A DNA stretch of 64,000 bases from an uncultured Gammaproteobacteria bacterium (GTDB lineage: Bacteria; Patescibacteriota; Microgenomatia; Daviesbacterales; UBA10151), in contig CAZYPW010000007.1 of the NCBI GenBank assembly GCA_964649615.1, positions 8,734 to 72,733 on the forward strand. Reading direction: 5' to 3'. Each line of letters begins with the position of its first letter. Within the stretch, counting starts at the first letter, position 1. Made by a program: the position numbers and the translations under genes. Positions 11,994 through 22,557 of the stretch are shown one piece after another. The notes beneath the pieces are model-generated. The model saw only the letters and a program-made list of their open reading frames with translations. It was not told the DNA's origin and ran no database searches.

Positions 11994-12302
11994 ATGCCGA
12001 GAGGCCGTATTAGAGTAAAACTAAAAAGTTACGATCATCGGGTTTTAGATAAAACCTGTGAGTCCTTATTGGATACAGCTTTAAGAACCGGAGCTAAAAT
12101 TGTCGGTCCTATCCCCTTACCTACCAAAATTGAAAGAATGACCGTTTTAAGGTCTCCCCATACAGATAAAAATTCCAGAGAAGCTTTTGAAATTAGAACT
12201 CACAAAAGAGTTTTAGATATTGTAGAACCAACCCAAAAAACCATTGATTCCCTGATGCATCTGGAGATCCCTGCGGGTGTTGATATTGAAGTTAAGATGT
12301 AA
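11994..12302 (+). CDS. rpsJ: 30S ribosomal protein S10
   Basis: [29 protein letters not shown]. Confidence 0.99.
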   Translation: MPRGRIRVKLKSYDHRVLDKTCESLLDTALRTGAKIVGPIPLPTKIERMTVLRSPHTDKNSREAFEIRTHKRVLDIVEPTQKTIDSLMHLEIPAGVDIEVKM

Positions 12303-12324
12303 ACTACCCCTGACAATTGTCAGC

Positions 12325-12488
12325 TTGCATTCGAGCTCGAACTTATGTTAGAATTCTTTTACTGATGAGTTTATTATCAGGTTGATATTATAATTGTCAA
12401 TTTCAGTAGATCGTGCGTCGGAGATCGATACGACGATTGAAAGCGAGATACTGAGTGAGCGTCCCCTAAAAAGGCCTCACTCTTTTTT
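12325..12488 (+). promoter_or_regulatory. Structured leader/attenuator upstream of rplC
   Basis: TTGCAT..TAGAAT promoter, three hairpins, then terminator gagtgag...ctcactc-tttttt 12 nt before the rplC ATG. Confidence 0.6.
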
Positions 12489-12499
12489 ATGCTTTAAAT

Positions 12500-13294
12500 A
12501 TGATTAACAGTTTACTTGGTATAAAGAAAAATATGACCTCAACTTATGACTCTCGCGGGAGAAGAGTTGGGGCCACTATTATCCAAATGGAGCCAAATCT
12601 AATTACCCAAACCAAAACTGCAGAAGGTAAAGATGGCTATAATGGGGTACAGCTTGGATTGGGAACAAAAAAAAGCGTCAGAAAACCTCAAATAGGACAC
12701 CTTAAAAAAGCGGGCATAGAAACAAAGGTTAGATGGTTTAGAGAAATTACCACAGAAAACATTGAAGATATAAAACCTGGACAAGAAGTAAACTTGAGCC
12801 AGGTTTTTTCAATTGGAGATGCAGTTAAAGTAACTGCTACCTCCAAAGGGAAGGGTTTTCAAGGTGGAATGAGGCGCCATGGCTTTCATGGAGGACCCAA
12901 AACTCATGGTCAATCAGATAGGCAAAGAGCTCCTGGAGCAATTGGTTCAGGCACTACCCCTGGAAGAGTCTTAAAAGGAAAAAAGATGGCAGGGCACATG
13001 GGTTCAGGTACTGTTTCTACCAAGAATTTAGAAGTGGTCAAAATTGATGGGCAAAATAATTTAATAGTTATCAAGGGTGCAGTTCCAGGCCCAAATGGAG
13101 GGTTGGTTTTAATCACAAACTTAGGCAGAATGAAAGGTTATACTCCTCCACCTGAGGAAAAACCATCTGAAGAGGAAGAAAGTGAACAGGCTACAGGCAA
13201 CAGTGGACAGTCAGAAAATACAGAAGAACCAAAAAATGAAACACCAGATCAGCCAGTTGAAGTGCCAACGACAGGAGAACAAAATGCCAGTTAA
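12500..13294 (+). CDS. rplC: 50S ribosomal protein L3 (acidic C-terminal tail)
   Basis: SKGKGFQG, GPKTHG, GKKMAGHMG, KGAVPG. Confidence 0.99.
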   Translation: MINSLLGIKKNMTSTYDSRGRRVGATIIQMEPNLITQTKTAEGKDGYNGVQLGLGTKKSVRKPQIGHLKKAGIETKVRWFREITTENIEDIKPGQEVNLSQVFSIGDAVKVTATSKGKGFQGGMRRHGFHGGPKTHGQSDRQRAPGAIGSGTTPGRVLKGKKMAGHMGSGTVSTKNLEVVKIDGQNNLIVIKGAVPGPNGGLVLITNLGRMKGYTPPPEEKPSEEEESEQATGNSGQSENTEEPKNETPDQPVEVPTTGEQNAS

Positions 13295-14042
13295 GCAAAG
13301 CTTGCGACCTAAAGGTCTAAAAAAATCGTTAATAGTTAATCGTAAATCGTCTATCGTAAAAACAAATAAGGTTGAACGAAAAACGACAAACGAAAAACGA
13401 CAAACGAAATTATCAGTTCCTGCCTATTCATTAGCTGGAAGAGCTGCAGGAAATTTAACTTTGCCAAAAGATATTTTTGGGGTCAAGGTTAATAAAAAAC
13501 TTTTAGCTCAAGCAATGAGAGTTTATATGACTAATAAAAAGGTTATGACTGCCTCAACCAAAACTAGAGGAGAAGTAGTTGGTTCAACTGCTAAAATATA
13601 CGCCCAAAAAGGCACAGGTAGAGCAAGACATGGCAGTATAACTGCTCCAATTTTTGTGGGTGGGGGAGTGGTTTTTGGGCCAAAAATAAGAAAAGTAACC
13701 CTTAACTTACCACAAAAAATGAGAAAAGCTGCTTTAGTTTCTGCTTTATCTGATAAAGCAGCAAATAAAATAGTCTGGGGTGTATCAGGGTTAGAAAAAG
13801 CTACAGGTAAGACCAAGCAGTTAGCAAGTTTACTAAAAAAGATTGGCACCAAAAATGCTCTAATAGTAACTGCTGAAAAAAAGGACAATGTCATAAGAGC
13901 AGTTAGCAATATTCCCTCTGTTGATGTTCTATCAGCAAATCTTATTAATACCTTTGAGGTTTTAAGGCATGACGGTTTAATTTTAACTAAAGAAGCAGTT
14001 GATACTTTAAGCGGAAAGGGTAAAGCGGAAAGGGTAAAGTAA
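13284..14042 (+). CDS. rplD: 50S ribosomal protein L4 (start revised to ATG 13284; repeat-derived N-terminal extension)
   Basis: [26 protein letters not shown]. Confidence 0.97.
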   Translation: MPVKQSLRPKGLKKSLIVNRKSSIVKTNKVERKTTNEKRQTKLSVPAYSLAGRAAGNLTLPKDIFGVKVNKKLLAQAMRVYMTNKKVMTASTKTRGEVVGSTAKIYAQKGTGRARHGSITAPIFVGGGVVFGPKIRKVTLNLPQKMRKAALVSALSDKAANKIVWGVSGLEKATGKTKQLASLLKKIGTKNALIVTAEKKDNVIRAVSNIPSVDVLSANLINTFEVLRHDGLILTKEAVDTLSGKGKAERVK

Positions 14043-14044
14043 TT

Positions 14045-14482
14045 ATGATAATTTTGAAAAGACCACTTATTACTGAAAAATCTATGGGTTTGGCCCAAAA
14101 AGGGTTTTATACTTTTGAGGTAGATAAAAATGCTACCAAACCACAAGTTGCTAAGATTGTAGCTGAAAAATTTAATGTTAAAGTTTTAAAAGTTAAAGTC
14201 ATTAATAAAAAAGGCCAAATAAAAAATCAAAGACAGATTAGGGGAACTTATAAAACTAAAGGATTTAAAAAAGCCATAGTCCAGCTTAAAAAGGGTGATA
14301 AAATTGCCATCTTTGAGACACCAAAAACCGAGAAAGAAGCAGTAGTTACTACAGTAGAGGGTGAATCAATCAAGATGAAGGAGAAAAAAGATTTATTAGG
14401 AAGAACAAAAGTTAGAGTTGAAAAAACAGGAGCTACAGGAGCTGCTCCCACTACTCAAAGAAAGGTGATTACCGGTAAGTAA
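14045..14482 (+). CDS. rplW: 50S ribosomal protein L23 with C-terminal extension
   Basis: [21 protein letters not shown]; operon position. Confidence 0.97.
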   Translation: MIILKRPLITEKSMGLAQKGFYTFEVDKNATKPQVAKIVAEKFNVKVLKVKVINKKGQIKNQRQIRGTYKTKGFKKAIVQLKKGDKIAIFETPKTEKEAVVTTVEGESIKMKEKKDLLGRTKVRVEKTGATGAAPTTQRKVITGK

Positions 14483-14483
14483 T

Positions 14484-15221
14484 ATGAATAAATTAAAAAC
14501 AATATTAAAGAAAAATTCTGGAAGGTCTCATGGGACAGTGTCTGTTAGGGGCCAGGGTGGAAGACAAAAAAGATATTATAGAGAAATAGATTTTAAAAGA
14601 GAAAAGCATGGGGTGGTGGGTGAAGTGAGCGGGCTTGAATATGATCCCAATAGGAATGTGGAAATTGCCAAGGTCAAATATTCTGATGGTGAATTTAGAT
14701 ATATCCTTGCTCCTTTGGGGCTTAAATTGGGAGATAAAATTGAATCTGGAGATAAGGTAGAAGCAAAGGTTGGTAATGCCCTAAAGCTTAAAAATATTAC
14801 AGTTGGAGCACTTTTGCATAATGTGGAGATTACTCCAGGCAGAGGTGGTTTAATGGGCAGAAGTGCAGGTACTTTTATCCAACTTTTGGCAAAAGAGGCT
14901 GGATTTGCCCATTTGAAGCTACCATCAGGGGAGATTAGAATGGTCAGTCTAGAATCCATGGCCACAGTAGGGCCTTTGGGTAATGAAGATGTTAAGCAAA
15001 AGGTGATAGGTAAAGCTGGAAGAAGTAGGCATATGGGAATTAAACCAACTGTTCGGGGTGTAGCCCAAGATCCCCATTCTCATCCTCATGGCGGTGGTGA
15101 GGGCAGATCAGGTGTTGGTAGAAAGAAACCAATGACTAAATATGGCAGGCCAGCAGTTGGTAAAACCAGAAATAAGAAAAAGTGGACTAGTAAATATATT
15201 ATTCAAAGGAGGAAACCATAG
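14484..15221 (+). CDS. rplB: 50S ribosomal protein L2 (short N-terminus)
   Basis: EYDPNR, LPSGEIR, PTVRGVA, HPHGGGEG. Confidence 0.99.
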   Translation: MNKLKTILKKNSGRSHGTVSVRGQGGRQKRYYREIDFKREKHGVVGEVSGLEYDPNRNVEIAKVKYSDGEFRYILAPLGLKLGDKIESGDKVEAKVGNALKLKNITVGALLHNVEITPGRGGLMGRSAGTFIQLLAKEAGFAHLKLPSGEIRMVSLESMATVGPLGNEDVKQKVIGKAGRSRHMGIKPTVRGVAQDPHSHPHGGGEGRSGVGRKKPMTKYGRPAVGKTRNKKKWTSKYIIQRRKP

Positions 15222-15505
15222 TGAGCAGATCAACCAAAAAGGGGCCCTATATTGATGAGAAATTAATGAAAAAGGTGCAAGCCCAAAAGGCTGCTGGAGG
15301 CAAAACTGCCATTAAAACTTGGGCCAGAAGGTGTAGTATCCCACCTGAATTTGTGGGACATACCTTTTTGGTACATCAGGGCAAAAACTTTGTGACAGTT
15401 TATATATCTGAATCTATGGTTGGGCACAAGCTGGGGGAATTTGCTCCTACCAGGATATTTAGAAGCCATGGAACTGTGACCAAGAGAACACTGGAGAAAA
15501 CATAA
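15221..15505 (+). CDS. rpsS: 30S ribosomal protein S19
   Basis: MSRSTKKGPYID, MVGHKLGEFAPTR. Confidence 0.99.
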   Translation: MSRSTKKGPYIDEKLMKKVQAQKAAGGKTAIKTWARRCSIPPEFVGHTFLVHQGKNFVTVYISESMVGHKLGEFAPTRIFRSHGTVTKRTLEKT

Positions 15506-15927
15506 TGGAAGCAATACATATACAAAAATATATCCATACTTCACCTCGAAAATTGAGGCTGATGGCAGATATGGTTAGGAATATCAGTCCAGCAAAAGCG
15601 CTAGATTTATTGGTATTTACTCCCAAAGCTGCCTCAGATGATTTATTAAAAGCTATCAAAACAGCTTTAGGCAATGCTAAACAAGCAGGTTTAGACCAGT
15701 CGCAGTTGAATTTTAAAAAGATTGAAATCAATGAAAGCATGAAAATGAGAAGATTTAGAGCAGGTACTAGGGGTAGGGCTAAGCCATACAGAAAAAAGAT
15801 GGCCCATATTAAAATCATCCTTACAGATGATTTAAAACTCAAAACTCCCGTCAAAGACGAGGCTCGCCAAAGGCGGCAAAAGTCAAAAGTCAAAACTGAA
15901 AAACAAAAGAAAGAGGAGGCAAAGTAA
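15505..15927 (+). CDS. rplV: 50S ribosomal protein L22 (repeat-derived tail)
   Basis: SPRKLRLMAD, AGTRGRA, HIKIIL. Confidence 0.98.
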   Translation: MEAIHIQKYIHTSPRKLRLMADMVRNISPAKALDLLVFTPKAASDDLLKAIKTALGNAKQAGLDQSQLNFKKIEINESMKMRRFRAGTRGRAKPYRKKMAHIKIILTDDLKLKTPVKDEARQRRQKSKVKTEKQKKEEAK

Positions 15928-16569
15928 ATGGGCCAGAAGATTCATCCAGTGGGATTTAGAATGGGAATTGGGACTAATTGGCAATCACGTTGGTTTGCTG
16001 ATTCCAAAAAATACAGGGAGTATGTGGCTTCTGATCTAAGCATTAGAGAACTGCTGTTGAAAAAATTGCGGCCCGCAGGAATATCTTCTGTGGAGATTGA
16101 AAGATCTACTAATAAAATTAAAATTTTGTTGTTTGTATCTAGACCAGGAGTGCTAATTGGCAGAGGAGGTAGTGGTTTAACTGAGATTAAAAAATTCTTA
16201 ATGCAAAACTTAAAAATTAAAAGTGATAATGCTTTAGAAATAGTCCCAATGGAAGTTAAATCAGCAGATTTATCTGCTTATTTAGTGGCCCAAAATGTGG
16301 CAGAACAATTAATCAAAAGATTGCCTGCACAAAGGGTGATGAACCAGTCAATAGAAAGAGTGATGAGAGTTGGTGCTAAGGGAGTTAGAATTGTTCTTTC
16401 TGGAAGAATTGGTGGAGCAGAGATTGCCAGAAGAGAATGGAAAGCATCAGGGACTATGCCACTACATACTTTGCGAGCAGATATTGATTTTTCTGTTTAC
16501 CCTGCTTTAACAAAATCTGGATTTGTGGGAGTAAAAGTATGGATTAACAAAGGGGAGGTAGATATTTAA
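15928..16569 (+). CDS. rpsC: 30S ribosomal protein S3
   Basis: MGQKIHPVGFR, SGRIGGAEIAR, PLHTLRADID. Confidence 0.99.
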   Translation: MGQKIHPVGFRMGIGTNWQSRWFADSKKYREYVASDLSIRELLLKKLRPAGISSVEIERSTNKIKILLFVSRPGVLIGRGGSGLTEIKKFLMQNLKIKSDNALEIVPMEVKSADLSAYLVAQNVAEQLIKRLPAQRVMNQSIERVMRVGAKGVRIVLSGRIGGAEIARREWKASGTMPLHTLRADIDFSVYPALTKSGFVGVKVWINKGEVDI

Positions 16570-16570
16570 T

Positions 16571-16981
16571 ATGGCACTTTTGCAACCAAAAAGAACAAAG
16601 CATAGAAAAGCCTTCAAAGGTAAAAGAGGAGGTATTGCTACCAGAAATAACGAGTTATCTTTTGGTACCTTTGGCATTAAAGCTATGGAAGCTGGATTTA
16701 TTTCTGCCAGGCAAATTGAAGCAGCCAGAAGAGCTATGGCCCACTATACTCAGCGGGGCGGGCGTATTTGGATCAGGGCATATCCTGATAAACCTATTAC
16801 CAAACACCCAGCTGAGAGTAGAATGGGTTCTGGTAAAGGTGACGTGGAAGGATATGTGGCAGTTGTTAAGCCTGGCCAAGTTCTTTTTGAAATGGGAGCA
16901 ATTGCTAAAAATATAGCTGAGGAGGCTTTGAGGTTGGCTTCACATAAACTGCCAGTCAACACTAAATTTGTAGAAAAATAG
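16571..16981 (+). CDS. rplP: 50S ribosomal protein L16
   Basis: LQPKRTKHRK, QIEAARR, RMGSGKG. Confidence 0.99.
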   Translation: MALLQPKRTKHRKAFKGKRGGIATRNNELSFGTFGIKAMEAGFISARQIEAARRAMAHYTQRGGRIWIRAYPDKPITKHPAESRMGSGKGDVEGYVAVVKPGQVLFEMGAIAKNIAEEALRLASHKLPVNTKFVEK

Positions 16982-16985
16982 GATT

Positions 16986-17216
16986 ATGAAAAAGAAAGAC
17001 TTAGTACAAATTAAAGGATTAGATATTAGGGAGTTAAATACCAAGGCAAAGGCTTTACAAAAAGAGATAGCCGATTTAGTAATGGATAAAAATATGGATA
17101 AATTAAAAGATTTAAAAACTATTAGCAAAAAGAGAAAAGATCTTGCTCAAATTCTAACTGTTTTAAGACAAAAGGAATTATTAAATCAATTAGAAGTTAA
17201 AAAGGAGGCAAAATGA
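16986..17216 (+). CDS. rpmC: 50S ribosomal protein L29
   Basis: RKDLAQILTV; position between rplP and rpsQ. Confidence 0.93.
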   Translation: MKKKDLVQIKGLDIRELNTKAKALQKEIADLVMDKNMDKLKDLKTISKKRKDLAQILTVLRQKELLNQLEVKKEAK

Positions 17217-17635
17217 TAGCTAGGGTGGTATCTACAAAATCAAAGAATACAGCAGTGGTAATTATTGAAAGACAAAAAATTCATCCTTTATACAAAAAGG
17301 CTTTTGCTAGGTCCAAAAAATATCTGGTAGATGACCAAATTGGTGTAAAAATAGGCGACTTAGTCAGCATTGAAAAGTGCAGGCCTATTTCCAAGAAGAA
17401 ACATTGGAAGATCATTCAAATAGTAGGCCAAAACTTGGAAGAGGTCACAAAGGCACAACTTAAAGAGAGTGCTGAAAAGGTAATCTCAGAAGTAATGCCA
17501 GAAGAAAAAGAACAGCCATCAGTTGTCAGTCCATCTGATAAACAGAAAATAAGAAAACCAAAATCTGAAAAGAGGAACTACTCTGTAGAGCGAAAACAGA
17601 AAACTGATAACAGAAAAAATAAGGAGACAAAATAG
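17213..17635 (+). CDS. rpsQ: 30S ribosomal protein S17 (repeat-derived tail)
   Basis: HPLYKK, GDLVSIEKCRPISKKKHW. Confidence 0.98.
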   Translation: MIARVVSTKSKNTAVVIIERQKIHPLYKKAFARSKKYLVDDQIGVKIGDLVSIEKCRPISKKKHWKIIQIVGQNLEEVTKAQLKESAEKVISEVMPEEKEQPSVVSPSDKQKIRKPKSEKRNYSVERKQKTDNRKNKETK

Positions 17636-18003
17636 TGGTACAACATCGTAGTAGATTAACTGTTGCAGATAATAGTGGAGCAAAAGCGCTGCAAGTAATC
17701 CAACCGCTTGGTGGATCTGGTAAAAGGAAAGCCAGCTTAGGGCAAATGGTAATTGGAGTTGTGAAAGGTGCAGATCCAAATGGCCAAGTTAAAGATCATG
17801 AGGTAGTTAGGATTGTGATTGTCAGATGCAAAAAGGAAGTCAGGCGCGATGATGGCTCTTATATTAAATTTGATGATAATGCAGGAGTTTTAATTGATGC
17901 TGATGGAAACTTGCGAGCCACCAGGATTTTTGGGCCAATTGCCAGAGAAGTTAGGGATGCTGGATTTAGCAAAATAATATCACTAGCCCAGGAGGTATGG
18001 TAA
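17635..18003 (+). CDS. rplN: 50S ribosomal protein L14
   Basis: VADNSGAK, IKFDDNA, TRIFGPIAREVR. Confidence 0.99.
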   Translation: MVQHRSRLTVADNSGAKALQVIQPLGGSGKRKASLGQMVIGVVKGADPNGQVKDHEVVRIVIVRCKKEVRRDDGSYIKFDDNAGVLIDADGNLRATRIFGPIAREVRDAGFSKIISLAQEVW

Positions 18004-18326
18004 TGAAAATAAAAAAGGGAGATAAAGTAAAAATATTATTAGGTAAAGATAGTGGTAAAGAGGGCACAGTTGAATATGTGATAGTAAAGTCTAAAAAAGT
18101 ATTTGTTAGTGGAGCAAATTTATACAAAAGACATGTTAGAAAGATGCAAGGAGTTGAAGGGGGGATTATAGATTTACCAAAACCAATGGATGTTTCAAAT
18201 GTTAGCCTGGTCTGCCCAAATTGTAAAAAAGTGGCAAAGATTGGTTTTAAAATGGAAAAAGGTTTAAAGGCCAGAATCTGCAGAAAATGTAAAAAAGAAA
18301 TAGGAGGTAAAAAAGAAATATTATGA
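18003..18326 (+). CDS. rplX: 50S ribosomal protein L24
   Basis: IKKGDKVKILLGKDSGKEG KOW motif, SNVSLVCP. Confidence 0.98.
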   Translation: MKIKKGDKVKILLGKDSGKEGTVEYVIVKSKKVFVSGANLYKRHVRKMQGVEGGIIDLPKPMDVSNVSLVCPNCKKVAKIGFKMEKGLKARICRKCKKEIGGKKEIL

Positions 18327-18862
18327 ACAGACTAAAACAAAAATATATAGATGAGGTGCAAACCAAATTGCAACAAGAGCTAGATTTAAAAAATAAACTG
18401 GCAGTACCTAAAGTGGAAAAAGTAGTTATCAGCATGGGACTAGGTGAGGCAAAAGATAATAGTGGAATTTTAGATAAGGTCAAGGTATATTTATCTGCTC
18501 TAGCTGGGCAGCAAGCAGTGGTAACTTTAGCTAAAAAGTCTATTTCCACATTCAAATTAGCAAAGGGCCAGCCAATTGGTATGATGGTGACTTTAAGAGG
18601 AGATAAGATGTATTCTTTTTTAGATAAGTTTATCAATATTGTTCTGCCAAAAGTGAGAGATTTTAAGGGAATAAATGCTAAATCTTTTGATAGTAAAGGA
18701 AATTTAAATATTGGTTTAAGAGAACAGATTATTTTTCCAGAGGTAGATTATAGAACAGTTGATAAAACAAGAGGTTTGGCAATTACTATTACTACTACTG
18801 CCAGAAATCGTGAACAAGGGAAAAAGTTACTTGAGGCACTGAGGATGCCTTTTAAAAGTTAA
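18323..18862 (+). CDS. rplE: 50S ribosomal protein L5
   Basis: [33 protein letters not shown]. Confidence 0.99.
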   Translation: MNRLKQKYIDEVQTKLQQELDLKNKLAVPKVEKVVISMGLGEAKDNSGILDKVKVYLSALAGQQAVVTLAKKSISTFKLAKGQPIGMMVTLRGDKMYSFLDKFINIVLPKVRDFKGINAKSFDSKGNLNIGLREQIIFPEVDYRTVDKTRGLAITITTTARNREQGKKLLEALRMPFKS

Positions 18863-18863
18863 T

Positions 18864-19043
18864 ATGGCCAAAGTTAGTAATATTGTAAAGAAAAAATTTA
18901 AATATGAAGTTCAAAAGAGAAGCCGTTGTTTGCGATGTGGCAGATCGCGGGGGTTTTTGCGGAAATTTGGCCTTTGTAGATTATGTTTTAGGCAATTAGC
19001 ACACGGAGGATTACTTCCTGGTGTTAAGAAAGCGAGTTGGTAA
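18864..19043 (+). CDS. rpsZ: 30S ribosomal protein S14 type Z (59 aa, not in ORF track)
   Basis: Translated by hand: [59 protein letters not shown]; CxxC...CxxC. Confidence 0.97.
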   Translation: MAKVSNIVKKKFKYEVQKRSRCLRCGRSRGFLRKFGLCRLCFRQLAHGGLLPGVKKASW

Positions 19044-19046
19044 GGT

Positions 19047-19424
19047 ATGAATGATTATATAGCAGATACATTAATCAGAATAAAAAATGGTTACAGGGTA
19101 GGCAAAGAATCTGTTGATTTAAGATACTCTAAATTAATATTAAATTTGGTCAAACTTTTGGAAAAAGAGGGATATGTTGGAAAAGTGGATGGTAAAGAAA
19201 AGGGTATCAGGGTTGAACTTAAATATAATGGTAGATTACCTGCTTTAACAGAAGTGAAAAGAGTTTCCAGGCCATCACTTAGGGTATATAAAGGTGTAAA
19301 AGATTTACCAAGAGTCTTAAATGGGTTGGGGATTGCTGTGGTCTCAACTCCACAGGGATTGATGACAGATAAAGAGGCTCGAAAATTAAATGCAGGAGGA
19401 GAAGTGCTAGCACTTATTTGGTAA
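19047..19424 (+). CDS. rpsH: 30S ribosomal protein S8
   Basis: DYIADTLIRIKN, SRPSLRVY, STPQG, GGEVL. Confidence 0.99.
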   Translation: MNDYIADTLIRIKNGYRVGKESVDLRYSKLILNLVKLLEKEGYVGKVDGKEKGIRVELKYNGRLPALTEVKRVSRPSLRVYKGVKDLPRVLNGLGIAVVSTPQGLMTDKEARKLNAGGEVLALIW

Positions 19425-19429
19425 AAACT

Positions 19430-19996
19430 ATGAGTAGAATTGGAGAAGCACCTATTTTAATAGCGCCTTTAGTAACTGTTCAAAAAGAAAGGAAGACAGT
19501 TGTAGTGAATGGCCCTAAAGGCAGTTTAAAAATGGAGATTGATCCCCAAATTAATGTGGAAATTGAAGGTGGGGAAATTTTAGTAAAAAGAAAGCTAGAG
19601 GAAAAAAGAATAAAAGCCATGCATGGATTAACAAGAAATTTAATTGCCAACATGATTACTGGAGTTACTGCTGGATGGACTAAGAATTTAGAGTTGGTAG
19701 GTGTAGGTTTTAGGGCAGCGGGAAGTGGGAGTAAGTTAACCTTAAACGTAGGTTTTTCTCATCCAGTTGAAATTGAAGCGCCCGAGGGTATTAGTTTTGA
19801 AGTTTTGGATAATATCAAAATAAGAGTTTGTGGAATAGATAAACAGCTGGTGGGCCAAGTTGCAGCTAATATTAAAAAAGTAAGGCCACCTGATGTTTAT
19901 AAAGGAAAAGGGATTAGATACCAAGGAGAATATATCAGAAAGAAATTAGGCAAGAGTGGAAAGGTAGGTGCAACAGGGGCCGCAGGAGCTAAATAA
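19430..19996 (+). CDS. rplF: 50S ribosomal protein L6
   Basis: [28 protein letters not shown]. Confidence 0.99.
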   Translation: MSRIGEAPILIAPLVTVQKERKTVVVNGPKGSLKMEIDPQINVEIEGGEILVKRKLEEKRIKAMHGLTRNLIANMITGVTAGWTKNLELVGVGFRAAGSGSKLTLNVGFSHPVEIEAPEGISFEVLDNIKIRVCGIDKQLVGQVAANIKKVRPPDVYKGKGIRYQGEYIRKKLGKSGKVGATGAAGAK

Positions 19997-19997
19997 T

Positions 19998-20330
19998 ATG
20001 AAAAAGATTATAAGAGTTAGGAAACATAAAAGAGTTAGGAAACATCTTTTTGGTACAACTAAAATACCAAGGTTGGCTGTTTTTAGATCAATCCAGCATA
20101 TCTATGCTCAAATTATAGATGATCAAACAGGTAAAACTTTAATGTCAGCATCTGATTTGAAAGAAACTGGCAAGAAAAATGAAAGAGCCTACAAAGTAGG
20201 AGAAAAATTGGCTAAAAACGCTTTAAAGAGTAAAATTACCACTGTGGTATTTGATAGAGGTGGATTTCTCTATCATGGCAGAGTAAGTGCTTTAGCCAAG
20301 GGTGCCAGAGAAGGAGGATTAAAGTTTTAA
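19998..20330 (+). CDS. rplR: 50S ribosomal protein L18
   Basis: [29 protein letters not shown]. Confidence 0.99.
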   Translation: MKKIIRVRKHKRVRKHLFGTTKIPRLAVFRSIQHIYAQIIDDQTGKTLMSASDLKETGKKNERAYKVGEKLAKNALKSKITTVVFDRGGFLYHGRVSALAKGAREGGLKF

Positions 20331-20331
20331 C

Positions 20332-20838
20332 ATGCAAAATAATTTTGACAATAGGGAAGGTAGGAGAAGACCACAATTTAGAAATCAAAATAACAGACCT
20401 CCAGAAGATAGTGAATATTTTGAAAGAGTGGTCCAAGTTAATAGAGTCTCAAAGAAGACAAAAGGTGGAGATAAGAGATCTTTGTCTGTTTTAGTGGTGG
20501 TGGGAGATAAAAAAGGAAAAGTGGGAGTTGGTTTAGGAAAAGCAACTGAGGTTCAATCAGCAGTTAGAAAAGCCACAGTTTATGCAAAGAAGCATATGAT
20601 TTTAGTACCTTTAAAAGGTAGAACTATACCACATCAAATTTTAATTAAGATTGGAGCAGCCCAAGTTTTATTAAAGCCTGCTCCAGTTGGAACAGGAGTC
20701 AGGGCTGGAGGAGCAGTTAGGGTGGTAATTGAGGCAGCAGGAATTCATGATATCACAGCCAAGATTTTAGGTACAGAAAACAAAGCTTCTAATGTTTACG
20801 CTACACTGGAGGCTTTGGGAAGATTAAAAAAGATATGA
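20332..20838 (+). CDS. rpsE: 30S ribosomal protein S5
   Basis: [23 protein letters not shown]. Confidence 0.99.
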   Translation: MQNNFDNREGRRRPQFRNQNNRPPEDSEYFERVVQVNRVSKKTKGGDKRSLSVLVVVGDKKGKVGVGLGKATEVQSAVRKATVYAKKHMILVPLKGRTIPHQILIKIGAAQVLLKPAPVGTGVRAGGAVRVVIEAAGIHDITAKILGTENKASNVYATLEALGRLKKI

Positions 20839-21266
20839 AACTTTCTAATTTATTAAAAGTAACAACTAAAAGTAAAAAAAGAGTAGGCAGGGGATTAGGT
20901 TCTGGCAAAGGTAAGACTGCAGGACGTGGTACAAAGGGCCAAAAAGCTAGAGGTAAGATTCCTGTTGGTTTTGTAGGCAGCCTGCCACTTTATAAAAAAT
21001 TACCCTTAAGGAGGGGTTTAGGCAATCCAAAGATGTCTATTAAAAAAAAGATTGTTAAATTAACTGCTTTAGAGGTTTTTGCTGCCAAAACTGTGGTGGA
21101 TTTAGAACAACTGATTAAATCAAAAATCCTAACCCAAAAAGAGGCAAAATTTGGAGTAAAGATTTTAGGAGGCCAGTTAAGTAAGACTTTAACTATTAAA
21201 TTAGCTGTCTCCAAAAGTGTTCAAAAAAGTATTGAAAAATTAGGTGGAAAGGTAGAGAATGGCTAA
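20835..21266 (+). CDS. rplO: 50S ribosomal protein L15
   Basis: [24 protein letters not shown]. Confidence 0.99.
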   Translation: MKLSNLLKVTTKSKKRVGRGLGSGKGKTAGRGTKGQKARGKIPVGFVGSLPLYKKLPLRRGLGNPKMSIKKKIVKLTALEVFAAKTVVDLEQLIKSKILTQKEAKFGVKILGGQLSKTLTIKLAVSKSVQKSIEKLGGKVENG

Positions 21267-22557
21267 TATTCTCTCTCCGATTATTTCTGCCTTTAAGATT
21301 CCAGAACTCAGGCGTAAAATTATTATCACTACCTCTATTATTATAATTTTTAGGATAGTTTCCCATATTCCAGTTTCAGGAATTGATCTTGTTGCACTGC
21401 AGAACATTTTTGCCTCCAATCAATTATTAGGGCTATTGGATATTTTTTCAGGAGGAACTTTAGTTAATTTTTCAGTAATCTCTTTGGGTTTAAACCCTTA
21501 TATTAATGCATCAATTATTATGCAGCTTTTAATGATGATTGTGCCCTCCCTTGAGGCTTTATCAAAAGAGGGAGAAATGGGCAGGCAAATGATAAATCAA
21601 TATACCAGGTATATGAGTGTACCACTGGCTGTACTGCAGGCAATTGGGATGTTTTTCCTTTTGAAAAATCAGGGTTTGCTTTTTGATGTTACTCCCATTG
21701 CGATTGCAGCCATTATTATAGGGATGACTGCCGGAACAATTTTCTTAATGTGGTTGGGAGAGTTGATTACAGAGTATGGTATTGGCAATGGAATTTCCCT
21801 GTTAATTTTTGCAGGTATTGTAGCCAGATTGCCTGTTGTTTTAACTCAAACTGTTTCAGTTGTAGATCAAGCTCAAATCTTAAATATGTTAATTTTTACT
21901 GCTCTTAGTTTGTTAGTTATTACTGGGGTGGTTTTTGTTAATGAAGGTAGAAGACAGATACCTGTTAAATATGCCAGAAGGTATGTGGGAGATAAAAATA
22001 CCACAGGCAAAGGGGCGGAAACATATCTTCCCCTAAGAGTTAATCAAGCAGGAGTGATACCAATTATTTTTGCTGTATCACTTGTATTAATTCCTTCTTT
22101 TGCAGGCAATTTTCTATCTTCAGTTAATCATCCGCAGCTTTCAGCTATAGGCAGATTTTTAGTACAAAACTTTGACCCAAATGGAATTTTTTATAATTTA
22201 GTTTATTTTCTATTAGTGGTAGGATTTACTTACTTTTATACAGCAGTTATTTTTAATCCTACTAAAATAGCTGATGAAATCAAAAAATATGGAGGATTTA
22301 TACCTGGAATCAGGCCCGGGACTCAAACAGCTGGTTTTTTAAACTTTGTCATGGTTAGAATTACTTTAGCAGGAGCCTTATTCTTAGGCCTTATTGCCAT
22401 TTTACCTTCAATAGCATCACAAGTGACTGGGATTCAGACTTTAATTTTAGGAGGAACAGGAATTTTGATTGTGGTATCAGTTATTATGGATACTGCCAAA
22501 CAATTTGAGTCTAAATTAATTGAGCGAAGTTATGATGTATTTGCAAGAAGGAAATGA
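21259..22557 (+). CDS. secY: Preprotein translocase SecY
   Basis: [42 protein letters not shown]. Confidence 0.99.
   Translation: MANILSPIISAFKIPELRRKIIITTSIIIIFRIVSHIPVSGIDLVALQNIFASNQLLGLLDIFSGGTLVNFSVISLGLNPYINASIIMQLLMMIVPSLEALSKEGEMGRQMINQYTRYMSVPLAVLQAIGMFFLLKNQGLLFDVTPIAIAAIIIGMTAGTIFLMWLGELITEYGIGNGISLLIFAGIVARLPVVLTQTVSVVDQAQILNMLIFTALSLLVITGVVFVNEGRRQIPVKYARRYVGDKNTTGKGAETYLPLRVNQAGVIPIIFAVSLVLIPSFAGNFLSSVNHPQLSAIGRFLVQNFDPNGIFYNLVYFLLVVGFTYFYTAVIFNPTKIADEIKKYGGFIPGIRPGTQTAGFLNFVMVRITLAGALFLGLIAILPSIASQVTGIQTLILGGTGILIVVSVIMDTAKQFESKLIERSYDVFARRK

Noticed and set aside
13182-13283. Longer GTG start for rplD
   Set aside because: Overlaps the rplC tail by over 100 nt; ATG 13284 near the rplC stop is more plausible
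20830-20840. Missing rpmD (L30) between rpsE and rplO
   Set aside because: Real, but an established trait of CPR bacteria; used only as a taxonomic clue
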